Shown piece after piece: positions 26,136-39,178 of a stretch of DNA of 64,000 bases. The notes beneath the pieces are model-generated. The model had not been told where the DNA came from. It saw only the letters and a list, made by a program, of their open reading frames with translations, and made no database searches. The position numbers and the translations under genes were made by a program. Origin of the DNA: Chrysomallon squamiferum (taxonomy: Eukaryota; Animalia; Mollusca); the NCBI GenBank assembly GCA_012295275.1, contig CM022675.1:1736001-1800000 (forward strand), given 5' to 3'. Numbering within the stretch: the first letter of the stretch is position 1; the number at the start of each line of letters is the position of its first letter.

Positions 26136-27599
26136 CGTAAGACGCAGCTATCCCTCAGTTCTTTGTTAGAGAAGAAAGAAAATAAAAATGACACTGGACT
26201 TGGCTGGTACGTATTCAAGCACGGACACTGACGTCTAGTGCTCCAGAAACACAGATACGCATGACTGGCAATACATAGTAAGTTTTTTGGAGAAAGAAGA
26301 AAGCTTATATTTGTTGTTGCTTTTAATGTTAATTCTCGGACACAAGTACCGGCATATATAAAATTATCTGAGCACACATACATACATATATACATAAACA
26401 CATACAGACAGTATACGTTTTTGGAAGGACGCTAGTTATACAGAGGTAATGAATGTCAAGAATAAATAATCATCTTATTTGTCTAGGCTTTCGTCAAAAC
26501 ATATATATATATAGATAGATAGATACATAGACAGATAGATAGATGTTTTTAATTGGTATGTTGTTCAGTTGATATATTGTTGTTATATTGTTATTGGTGT
26601 TTATATCGTTGTTTATATGACTTACATCATTGCAAGTTGCAACAGCACTAGCAACAAAAGTAGTTGTAGTACTAGTTGTTTTTATCGTCTTTGTTCTAGT
26701 AATAATTGCGCTCAGTCTACTTTTCAAAAATAATTTAACAAGCTTAGATTTCAAACAAATAAAGACAACAAATTATAAAGCAAAGAAGGAAATAAGCAAA
26801 GAAACAATACAAAGAAGAAAGAAACAAACAGAAAGATAAATGAATAAACAAATAAACAAGAAGAAAGAGAAGAGATAAATGAAAAGTTTCGGTAACACTA
26901 GTGTTGCGCTTCACACACAATCAATTTTTTATTTATTTTTCTTAGTTATGATATAAATAGAGCAGAACTCATTTTATTTAATTTTTATGTAAATATATTT
27001 CTTTCCAAACAGATCACACAGTGTAAGAGAGGAAAACGGTTTACTTGCAGTGTTACAATAAACAAGGTACGTGCAGTTCATCTTTATATATATATGTACG
27101 TTTATTACTTCGGTGAATGTATGTGCACAGTTTCTATGTATTTTATGTATGGTACGTAAATAAATGTATGTGGATATTTCCATATATGTGTATATATGCT
27201 ATATGAATACATGTGTGTACAATTTCTGTATATGTGTATGTATGCCATGTCAGTAAATGTATATGGACACTTACAATGTATTTGTAAATATCCTACTTCA
27301 AAAATGTATGTATTCCTTCTGTACATTTTTATGCATATTACTACTTAAAATAAATGTCTACACTATCTATATACTTGTACAGGAACAAACATATGTGTGT
27401 GCGGGCGTACATTTGTATGTACGTTTATTCAGTGAATGTGTGCTTACATGTCCAGATTATTTACTTCGGTAAATGTGCCTGTTTGCCGTCTTCACATTTG
27501 CAGGAACATCACTTTACATACATCTACGCTTTATTCATACGTAAGCACGTTATTCAGTGGATGAGTGTACTCACTTTTCTATACATTAGCACACATTTT

Positions 27600-30500
27600 A
27601 CTTCAATAAATTTGTTTCATCCGTTGTCTGTAAATTTGTATTATAACTTCTTTATTGTCCACTGTCTGTAAATATACATGTACATTACTTTAGTCAATGT
27701 AATTTGTATAACTTCTTTATTGTCCACTGTCTGTAAATATACATGTACATTACTTTAGTCAATGTAATTTGTATAACTTCTTTAGTGTCCACTTTCTGTA
27801 AATACATATGTACATCACTTCTGTCAGTGTTATTTGTATGATTACTTTTGTAGTATCCACTTTCTGTAAATATACATGTACATTACTTCAATCAATGTAA
27901 TTTGTATGATTACTTCTTTAGTGTCCACTTTCTGTAAATACATATGTACATTACTTCAGTCAATGTAATTTGTATAACTTCCTTAGTGTCCACTTTCTGT
28001 AAATATACATGTTCATTTCGTCAGTCAATGGAATTTTTGCGATTACTTCCTTAGTGTCCACTGTGTATAAATATACAGTTACACTACTTCAGTCAAAGTA
28101 ATTTCTGTAACTTCTTTAGTGTCCACTGTCTGTAAATACATAGGCACTTTACTTTATTCAGTGTAATTTGTATGTTTACTAATGTTTAATAATTTCAGTA
28201 ACTTCTTTAGTGTCCAATATCTGTAAATATACCTGTACATTACTTCAGTCAATGTAATTTGTATGTTTACTAATGTTTAATAATTTCAGTAACTTGTTTA
28301 GTGTCCAATATCTGTAAATATACCTGTACATTACTTCAGTCAATGTAATTTGTATGTTTACTAATGTTTAATAATTTCAGTAACTTCTTTAGTGTCCAAT
28401 ATCTGTAAATATACCTGTACATTACTTCAGTCAATGTAATTTGTATGTTTACGTCTTTAGTGTCCAATATCTGTAAATATGACTGTACATCACTTCTGTC
28501 AATGTAATTTGTGCAACATTTTTAATGTCCACTTTCTGTAAATACTTATGTACATTACTACAGTTAATGTAATTTGTATGATTAATTCTTCAGTGCCCAC
28601 TTTCTGTAAATACATGTCTATCTTACTTCAGTCAATGTAATTTGTATAACTTTTTTAGTGTCCACTTTCTGTAAATACATATGTACATCACTTCGGTCAA
28701 TGTAAATTACTTCAGTCAAAAATACATATGTAAATCACTTCAGTCAATGTAATTTGTATAACTTCTTTAGTGTCCACTTTCTGTAAATATACATGTACAT
28801 TACTTGAGTCAATGTAATTTGTATTACTTCTTTAGTGTCCACTTTCTGTAAATACATATGTAAATCACTTCAGTCAATGTAATTTGTATAACTTGTTTAG
28901 TGTCCACTTTCTGTAAATACATATGTACATTACTTCAGTCAATGTAATTTGTATTACTTCTTTACTGTTCACTTTCTGTAAATACATATGTACATCACTT
29001 CGGTCAATGTAGATACTCCAGTAACTTCTTTAGTGTCCACTTTATGTAAATACATATGTACATTACTTCAGTCAATGTAATTTGTTTAACTTCTTTAGTG
29101 TCCACTTTCTGTAAATATACATGTACATTACTTCAGTCAATGTAATTTGTTTAACTTCTTTAGTGTCCAATTTCTGTAAATATACATGTACATTACTTCA
29201 GTCAATGTAATTTGTTTAACTTCTTTAGTGTCCAATTTCTGTAAATACATATGTACATTACTTCAGTCAATGTAATTTGTTTAACTTCTTTAGTGTCCAA
29301 TTTCTGTAAATATACATGTACATTACTTCAGTCAATGTAATTTGTTTAACTTCTTTAGTGTCCAATTTCTGTAAATATACATGTACATTACTTCAGTCAA
29401 TGTAATTTGTTTAACTTCTTTAGTGTCCAATTTCTGTAAATACATAGGTACATTACTTCAGTCAATGTAATTTGTTTAACTTCTTTAGTGTCCAATTTCT
29501 GTAAATATACATGTACATTACTTCAGTCAATGTAATTTGTTTAACTTCTTTAGTGTCCAATTTCTGTAAATATACATGTACATTACTTCAGTCAATGTAA
29601 TTTGTTTAACTTCTTTAGTGTCCAATTTCTGTAAATACATAGGTACATTACTTCAGTCAATGTAATTTGTTTAACTTCTTTAGTGTCCAATTTCTGTAAA
29701 TACATATGTACATTACTTCAGTCAATGTAATTTGTTTAACTTCTTTAGTGTCCAATTTCTGTAAATACATAGGTACATTACTTCAGTCAATGTAATTTGT
29801 TTAATGTAATTTGTATAACTTCTTTAGTGTCCAATTTCTGTAAATACATATGTACATGTCAATGTAATTTGTTTAACTTCTTTAGTGTCAATTTTCGGTC
29901 AATGTAATTTGTTTAACTTTTTAGTGTCCAATTTTGTTTAACTTTTTAGTGTCCAATTTCTGTAAATACATATGTACATTACTTCAGTCAATGTAATTTG
30001 TTTAACTTCTTTAGTGTCCAATTTCTGTAAATACATATGTACATTACTTCAGTCAATGTAATTTGTTTAACTTCTTTAGTGTCCAATTTCTGTAAATACA
30101 TATGTACATTACTTCAGTCAATGTAATTTGTTTAACTTCTTTAGTGTCCACTTTCTGTAAATACATATGTAAATCACTTCAGTCAATGTAATTTGTATAA
30201 CTTCTTTAGTGTCCACTTTCTGTAAATACATATGTAAATCACTTCAGTCAATGTAATTTGTATAACTTCTTTAGTGTCCACTTTCTGTAAATACATATGT
30301 ACATCACTTCTGTCAGTGTTATTTGTATATTGTTTTGTGTCCGCTGTCTGTAAATATATATGCAGATTACTTGAATCAATGTAATTCGTTTAAGTTATTT
30401 AGTGCCCCCTTTCTGTAAATAAACATGTAAATTCCTTCAATCAATGCAGTTTGTATGATTACTTCTTTAGTGTGCCTATTTCTGTAAATATAGCTGTAAA

Positions 30501-31060
30501 TTACTTCAGTAAATGAAATTTGTATGATTACATTTATTTATTGTCCAATGTAAAACTATTTAGTGTCATGAACCTTTTCAGTCAACGTAGTTTGTATAAC
30601 TTCTTTAGTGTCCACTTTCTGTAAATACATATGTACATCACTTCGGTCAATGTAAATATCTCAGTAACTTCTTTGGTGTCCATTTTCTGTAAATACATAT
30701 ATATATATATACCTTACTTTAGTCAATGTAATTTGTATGATTACTTCTTTAGTGACCTCTTTCTGTATATATACAGTTTCATTACTTCAATCAATGTAAT
30801 TTGTATGATTAATTCTTCAGTGCCCACTTTCTGTAAATACATATGTACATCACTTCAGTCAATGTAATTTGTGTAACTTCTTTACTGACCACTTTCTGTA
30901 AATACATATCTACATCACTTCAGTCAATGTAATTTGTATAACTTCTTTAGTGTCCACTTTCTGTAAATACATATGTAAATCACTTCAGTCAATGCAATTT
31001 GTATGATTACTTCTTTAGTGTCCACTTTCTGTAAATACATATGTACATCACTTCAGTCTG
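27600..31060. repeat. 65-bp satellite/minisatellite array, about 50 copies
   Basis: Unit GTAAATACATATGTACATTACTTCAGTCAATGTAATTTGTTTAACTTCTTTAGTGTCCAATTTCT, e.g. starting at 29241 and 29306. The core is homogeneous and the edges degenerate. Confidence 0.95.
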
Positions 31061-31670
31061 TGTGTTTGTACAGTTTCAAAACGTACTTATGCAAGGACAT
31101 CTTTAAATATGTCACGTTACTGTACATTCATGCTGTGCATTCAAGATCATGTGCTTCTATTTCATCGGATTTAAACTCATTTATGGGTTTTTTTTTATCC
31201 TTTGAAATAGCAAAAGTATCCAAATCATCTTAAAATATATTTTAAAGCCTAACTATCTGATCATATGACATCAAGTGAGGAGCTGTATTAACTTTGATTT
31301 CTCGATTGGTCCATACACTCACCACTGCAACTCGGCTTGTTTAACTTCAACAGTGACTGTACCAGCTATTACATAGCAATCAAATTAGAACATTGGGTAA
31401 GGTGTCACTCTGCAAAAATCCTCCAGATTTGTGTGTGTTACTTTTTGCTTATGTATGTATGTTTGTAAGTACGTATGTATTAATGCATATTGGTGGGTAC
31501 AAAACATAAATTTATAACACTACGATGTTAAGAAAAAGTGTGTTTCATAACAGTTAATAACTGTATTAATACTCTATTGTTTTATGACGGATCTTTGATT
31601 ATCACAATTCAACGGGTACAAACAGACACACACACACAATAATATTCATAAAATATAACATAATAGGTAT

Positions 31671-31709
<39 letters not shown>

Positions 31710-31813
31710 CAGATTTATATATTTATTTATTTTTAATTTATGTGTTTGTTTGTTCGTTTGTTTGTTTATTTTTTTCTTTATTTATTTAATTTTCTTTTCA
31801 GTATAAAGTAAAC

Positions 31814-32360
31814 ATGTGGATATCATTCGTCTATCTGATACTCCTAAGTTGTTCCATCACTCTAGGTAACTTTATTTTCGTCTCTGTTTCTTTATAGAAA
31901 TATTATATGCGTCAGTTCTCACAAAAAGAATGAGAATTTGAATATAGATAGTTCACACAGTGGAACAAAATATTTATAAAAAATACATCATTCAAATTAT
32001 AACATTAATATTTTAGAAATAATTCCTTTAAATGACGATATGTATTTGTTTTACATATATATATATATACCACGTATTTAATTACTTAAGTCGTCTTGTT
32101 CCTAACCCTAGTTCTCTATCTAAAATATATTTTAAAAACTATACAATTCAAATAAAAATAAATAAATAAATAAATAAATAAAAGAAATCAGAAACAAAAA
32201 TTTTGATTACAGTAATTTCGATATGCTTTCTTTATTTCATACTCCTCACAACATTTGTGATACTTAGTGGTTTTCTTTACATTATTCTTCCGAATGTCTA
32301 TTCTCTTCTATTTTATTATTATTATCATCATCATCATCATCATAATCATCATCATTATCA

Positions 32361-32438
<78 letters not shown>

Positions 32439-33274
32439 CTACTAACTCTATTGGAATTTAAACTAAAATCTCTCACCGTATATATTTCTTGTTTATTTTA
32501 TTTAATAGCATGTTGTACTTACTTACAGGTGATGAGTACTTCGACTGCAGACGACAGGGTCAGGATTGTGCTAATAATAAAACTTGTCAAAATGACGGCA
32601 CCTGTGACTGTGGAAATGACTACACTGGCTACAGCTGTGAGCTGGAGACAAGTCAGTATTCTAATTCTAATATGTCAAGTGTGGGTAACAGCAATGATAT
32701 CATCAAGAAAAAGCCAAGAAGGTATAGACAGATTTTTTTTTTAATTGTTTTTATTTCATAACAGATATGAAATTTGTGTTTCCAGGTTTGAGTGGTTCAA
32801 GTCCGTGTACCAATCAGACTGACTCTTGTGGCTCTGATGGAGGTATCTGTTACAACAATAATGGAAACAAGACGTGTTTCTGTCCTCCTGGTTTCTATGG
32901 TGACAGCTGTGAAAACAAAAGATGTGAGTAATTAATTCTACTTAACAACATAATACTTATTTTAATATCTTACACTGTTTTTATGTAGCAATGAAGGGTA
33001 GATGATATTCCAATTGTTTTCAGTATGCTCATTTATTATATATATTTACTGTACTTTTCACCTCCCAGGAAAGTAATATGAAATAAATAAATAACAAAAA
33101 AGTATAATAGTAACATATTATTTAAGTTTATAACAGATTTAAACTGTCTCACTAAACACAGTCAGATTCATCATCTGATTTGAATTAATCTGAAAGGAAG
33201 GTTAATGTTATTATTTGATGTCAAATACGCATTATTTCATGTTGAATGTCTATTATTATAATTAGTAGTAATAT

Positions 33275-33348
<74 letters not shown>

Positions 33349-34274
33349 CCATCATCACAATCATGTTGATTATTCCTGCTAACAAATACTAATCTTAATA
33401 TTTTAGATGAAGTTACCTGTGAGAAAAGTTCTATGTTGATTGTTATTAATCCTGCTGGAACATTCAGTGGTGTCGTCTATGCTAAAAGTGGAAAAGACAC
33501 GCCAAACTGCAAATTCACGTCATCAGTTCTACCATCGGGAAAACAGGGTGTGGGTCTCAATGTTAAGGATAGTGACTGTGGTGGGGTGACTCAGGTCAGT
33601 TCTTTATATTATTCATATTTTACTCTTTTTTTCTTAATGAACTATGTTTAAATACTTAGCTACTTCCATAAATTGTTTGAATAAATTAGATTTAAGTTTT
33701 GTGCATTTGTGGAATTATAATATCTGAGAAAATTGTTTTTAAAAATATTTCTTTTTATCTTTGTACAAAGTGGTATTAGACATTGACTAAACATAACTTG
33801 TGTAGATCTGACTCTTTCTTAAGGTAAATGGAGGTCGAACTCGAGATGTGATGATTCAGTTCAGTGAAAAGTACATGACAAACCTCGACACAAAAGTCAC
33901 TGTCACTTGTAGTGGAAACAACAACGATGCCGTAACCGTGACTGTCACCAAAGTGATAACAACCAAACAAACTGAAAGGTTCGTTATAAATATTATTATT
34001 ATTATTTTTATATTGTTCTTTCTTTCCTGCAATGTATATAAGTTTACTTACAATTGTGGTTACTACTGTCGGTAATGATGATGTTATTTCACAGAGACAC
34101 ACTGAACATCACAAACACAGTTAACTCAATAGACTCCTCGCTTGTCCAGTTCAACATCAACCTCAAAGACGGGTCTTCAGTTTCAGAATCAGCAGCTGTA
34201 TCTTTAGATGAAGAACTTACATTTGAGTTTATTACAAGTAGGAACAAGTTGTTGTTTCCATAGTTTTCTTCATT

Positions 34275-34324
<50 letters not shown>

Positions 34325-37300
34325 CATAATAATCATAATAATCATAAAGATAATAGCTGTCATTAACTAATTCAAATTCGCATCATCTTCGTATATTTTT
34401 ATTTATTTTTTATTTTTTGGTACTTTAGTTTTATTGCTTATTTATTAATGTATCTATTTTTTATATTCTCAGACTTGACAGCAGAGGTACCAGAAAAGAT
34501 TGACGACATTGAACCAGGTAAAACATATATATGTACTAGATTATAACTACAGACTTTAATTATTTACTTTATGTTTCTGAATTGTTTCAGTGTTTAGTCT
34601 TGACTTAAAACTGTCGACTTTCTCATTTTCAAACTACTCACAAACCGTTTCTAACGAATTCTTCCAAATTTCGCATGAAGATAATTTTCCTATCGGTTAT
34701 TATAAATGTTTTTTTTTTTTTTTTCTATTTCATTATAAGTGAAAGTTCGTCTAGTTGGTGGTAACACAAGTAAAGAAGGTCGAGTAGAAGTTTTGAACAA
34801 AGGTAAATGGGGCAGACTGCACAGTGGTCGTTTCTCCTACTACGAGGCCACTGCAGTTTGTAGAACTCTGGGTTTCAACAAGTAAGTTAACAGCAAATAG
34901 TTCTGATTCTTATTGTAGCTCTACCTTTCTGAGTCCGTATTTTCCAGTATTATGAAAGGAACTTTCTAAATGAAGAAATATAAAATAACGTCGAAGTAAA
35001 AATATATAAGAGAAACAATTGTGTGCGTGTGTGTATGTCTACAAAAGAAGTAATAAAAATAAACATAAAATAAAGAAGTAAATAAATAAATGAATTAATA
35101 AATACATAAAAATAATATCGTGTGACGTGTATGTTAACACTGTTCCTACAGTTAAGTGTCTATCCTACAGCGCGTTTGGTATGCCACGTGGTAAAGGATT
35201 CTTCCCAGAAGGAACTGGACAAATTTGGAAAGGTGATTTATTCTGTCTTGGATTTGAAATGGACGTAGATCGTTGCTATAAATGGATCATTACTGACTGT
35301 GGTGATGCCTGCACTGGAGAAGATATTGGACTGATATGTGACGGTAAAGAAATATTATTGTTATCATCTTCATCATCATCATCATCATTGTTATCATTAT
35401 TATCATCATAATTATTGTTGTGGCTGTTCATTGATCAAGAATAAACTTTGTGTTTTATTCCACTATAACAGAAAACCCTGCTCCATACAAACTGAGACTG
35501 GTCGGTGGAAACAGCACACAGGAAGGAAATCTTCAAGTATTTGATGATGGCAAATGGAATTCAGTGTGTAACACAAATGACTCTGAGAAAGTAAACTCCT
35601 GGGTCGACTGCCGGCAAATGGGTTATGCAGTGTTAGTAAGACTTTCTAAATTTAAACGTTCAATTGTAAAAATAATAATAATAATAATAAAAAAAAATAA
35701 AAAAAAAATAATAATTAATGGTTGTTGTTGCAGTAGTAACAGCAGTAGTATAGTAGTAGTACTAATGTTATCGTAAATACATACATACGGGCAAGGCCAC
35801 ATACACACGTTTAAATATACATAGAAAATATATTGATATAAATTTCAACATTTGTAACCAAAACGGTTATTGGTTAAATACAAATTTCCTGTGTTACTCT
35901 GATATTTGTTTTACGACTGTGGATCAAAGCTATCATTGTGAGTAAACGACATCTTGTATTTTACTTCTTATTATTTATGATTTTTGTTTTCAGCAGTGTT
36001 TGCTTTTCTAATTCTACACACTGTCCTACCACTGAGATATATTTTTGAATAACCTTTTAAATTTAACCTGCGTTTCTTCACAGATCATCAGTCTATAAAT
36101 CTGAAATAATTACTGGAAATAAATGGAAGTATGAGTTTATCAGCCTCGGTTTTGAACCTGCTGTGCATTTGTCTATTCTCAGACTTCGGAATGAAGAGAG
36201 TGAATGTCAATCTGTACATATTAGGTGTTCAGGTATTAATGTCAGTTACGTTTACTGTGTTATGTTCATCTGATAACACCATCGACTTCTACAGAGAAAA
36301 CGATTTACAATAGAAGAAAGGTTCACGTTGTTATATGTTTTTTATCAACCTGTCAAATTGTCAAATTCAGCAACTACGAAAAACATCAACATCCAACTAC
36401 ACAATACACTCTTATTATAACTATAACAGCTGTTTACTGCAGACGCCAAAATAAAAATAAATAAATAAATACATAATAATAAGCAATGTATATATGAAGT
36501 ATACCAAAAAAAAAAAAAAAAAAAAAGAAAGAAATGAATGATTGATTTCAGTTTTATGTTTATTTTCTAGTGGACATATCAAATATTGAATTACGACTAG
36601 TTGGTGGTCCAAGCAGTAACTACGGTGTAGTTGAAGTGAAAATAAACAATGTGTGGGGCAGACTGTATGATGATTATCCTACGTCAACAGTTGCTAGAGT
36701 TTTATGCAGAACACTTGGATTTAACGAGTAAGTAGAAACAGAACGTAATATTAAAACAGTTAAATATCACTTGAAACCATGTGCTAATGCTAATAAAGCT
36801 AATAATGATGATGATGATGACGATGATGATGATGATAATGATAATGATGATGATAATAATACTACTACTAATAATAATAATAAAATGACATCCATAATAA
36901 CATTTAAACTGATATAAAAACTGATGCAATTACTCTATATAAACTGATTTATATTTTATCTATTTATTTAAAGAAGTTATAAAGCAATATTACTGAGTGA
37001 GCGTGAGCATAATCTGACGTCAAGCAACAAAAAGATTTGGACACAAAGGGTGTTTTGTTCAGGACTGGAAAAGCGCATTAATGAGTGCTACCTTGAATAT
37101 AGTGAAAACGATGATCATGAGAAGTACACAGCCCTGCTGTGTTCAGGTAATGTGTTTTAGACAGCTGTCACTAAACATCTACCACATGTTTAATCATTTC
37201 TTCTATGGAGAATAACATTCACTGTATTAGAGACAAAAGACAACGAAATTAATAATGTGATAAAATCTAAGTGAAAAATTGTGTGTATGTGTGAGATGAC

Positions 37301-38387
37301 AAGAAATTTTAGTTTGTTATAGGCTTTTGTTTCTTACTGCAGAGGATAAAGCCGAAACTGAAATTCGTCTGGTGAATGGCAGTTCAAAACGAGAAGGTCG
37401 AGTAGAGATTAAATATCTTGGAATGTGGGGCACAGTCTGTGATAAATTTCATACTGATTACAACGCAGCTGTTTACTGCAGAATGCTGGGTTTTAAAAAG
37501 TAAGTTATTAATAATGATTATTATAACAGCTGTTTACTGCAGAATGCTGGGTTTTACTAAGTAAGCCATTAATAATGATTATTATAACAACTGTTTACTG
37601 CAGAATGCTGGGTTTTACTAAGTAAGTTATTAACAATCATTATTATAACAACTGTTTACTGTAGAATGCTGGGTTTTACTAAGTAAGTTATTAATCATTA
37701 TTATTATAACAGCTGTTTACTGAAGAATGCTGGGTTTCACTAAGTAAGTTATTGATAATTATTATTATAACTGCTGTTTACTGCAGAATGCTGGGTTTCA
37801 CTAAGCAACATATTAATAATTATTATTATAACATATGTTTACTGAAGAATGCTGGGTTTCACTAAGTAAGTTATTAATAATTATTATTATAACAGCTGTT
37901 TACTGAAGAATGCTGGGTTTCACTAAGCAAGCTATTAATAATTATTATTATAACAGATGTTTACTGAAGAATGCTGGGTTTCACTAAGTAAGCTATTAAT
38001 AATTATTATTATAACAGATGTTTACTGAAGAATGCTGGGTTTCACTAAGTAAGCTATTAATAATTATTATTATAACAGATGTTTACTGAAGAATGCTGGG
38101 TTTCACTAAGTAAGCTATTAATAATAATAATTATTATTATTACAGATGTTTACTGAAGAATGCTGTTTACTGCAGAATGCTGGGTTTCACTGAAGAATGC
38201 TGGGTTTCATATTAATAATTATTATTATAACAGATGTTTACTGAAGAATGCTGGGTTTCACTAAGTAAGCTATTAATAATTATTATGGAAGAATGCTGGG
38301 TTTCATTATTATTATTAAAACAGATGTTTACAGATGTTTTTACTTCATCATGCCGTGTTTCACTCAATTAATAATGGTTATTTATTT

Positions 38388-38442
<55 letters not shown>

Positions 38443-39125
38443 GTGTTATCAGAATAATCATATCAGTGAATAATTAAAGTAATTAGGAGTATAAAATAAA
38501 ATAAAAGAATAAATTTCACCTAAATATCTTTCCCAGTATAATATATCTAAACTTTTTATATTATTATTTTTAGCTTATAATTAATCACTCTAATCAAAAC
38601 AAAATATTTTAATTTTTAAATATATTTTTAATATATAACATGATATATTCACATTAATACTACATATTTGAGGATGCCACACCCTATGTTTTTCAGTTCA
38701 AATGCTACAGCTGTTGGTAGTGATTATTTTGGTGAAGGATCAGGACCTATCTTACTGCGTGATATTCACTGTTTGGGAAATGAAACAAGTCTTCAACAGT
38801 GTAATATTCTATGGGGTAACGTTGACTGTCAACATGCAAACGATGCTGGTGTGATATGTGCAGGTAATTCTCAACCTCTGTCAATTATTACGTTTGTAGT
38901 TTTACTAATTTTATGCTAGGCACTACCTGTATCAATTTCAACATGTGCTACTGAAAAAAAAATATTTATTTATTTATTAATATTATTATTATTATTATTA
39001 TTGTTGTTGTTGTTGTTGTTGTTGTTTTACTTATTTATTTATTTATTTGTTTATATATTTATTCGTTTATATATTTTTGTACTTGTTTATAGCTTTTTTA
39101 TATATTTTATTTTTAATTACAGTTA

Positions 39126-39178
<53 letters not shown>

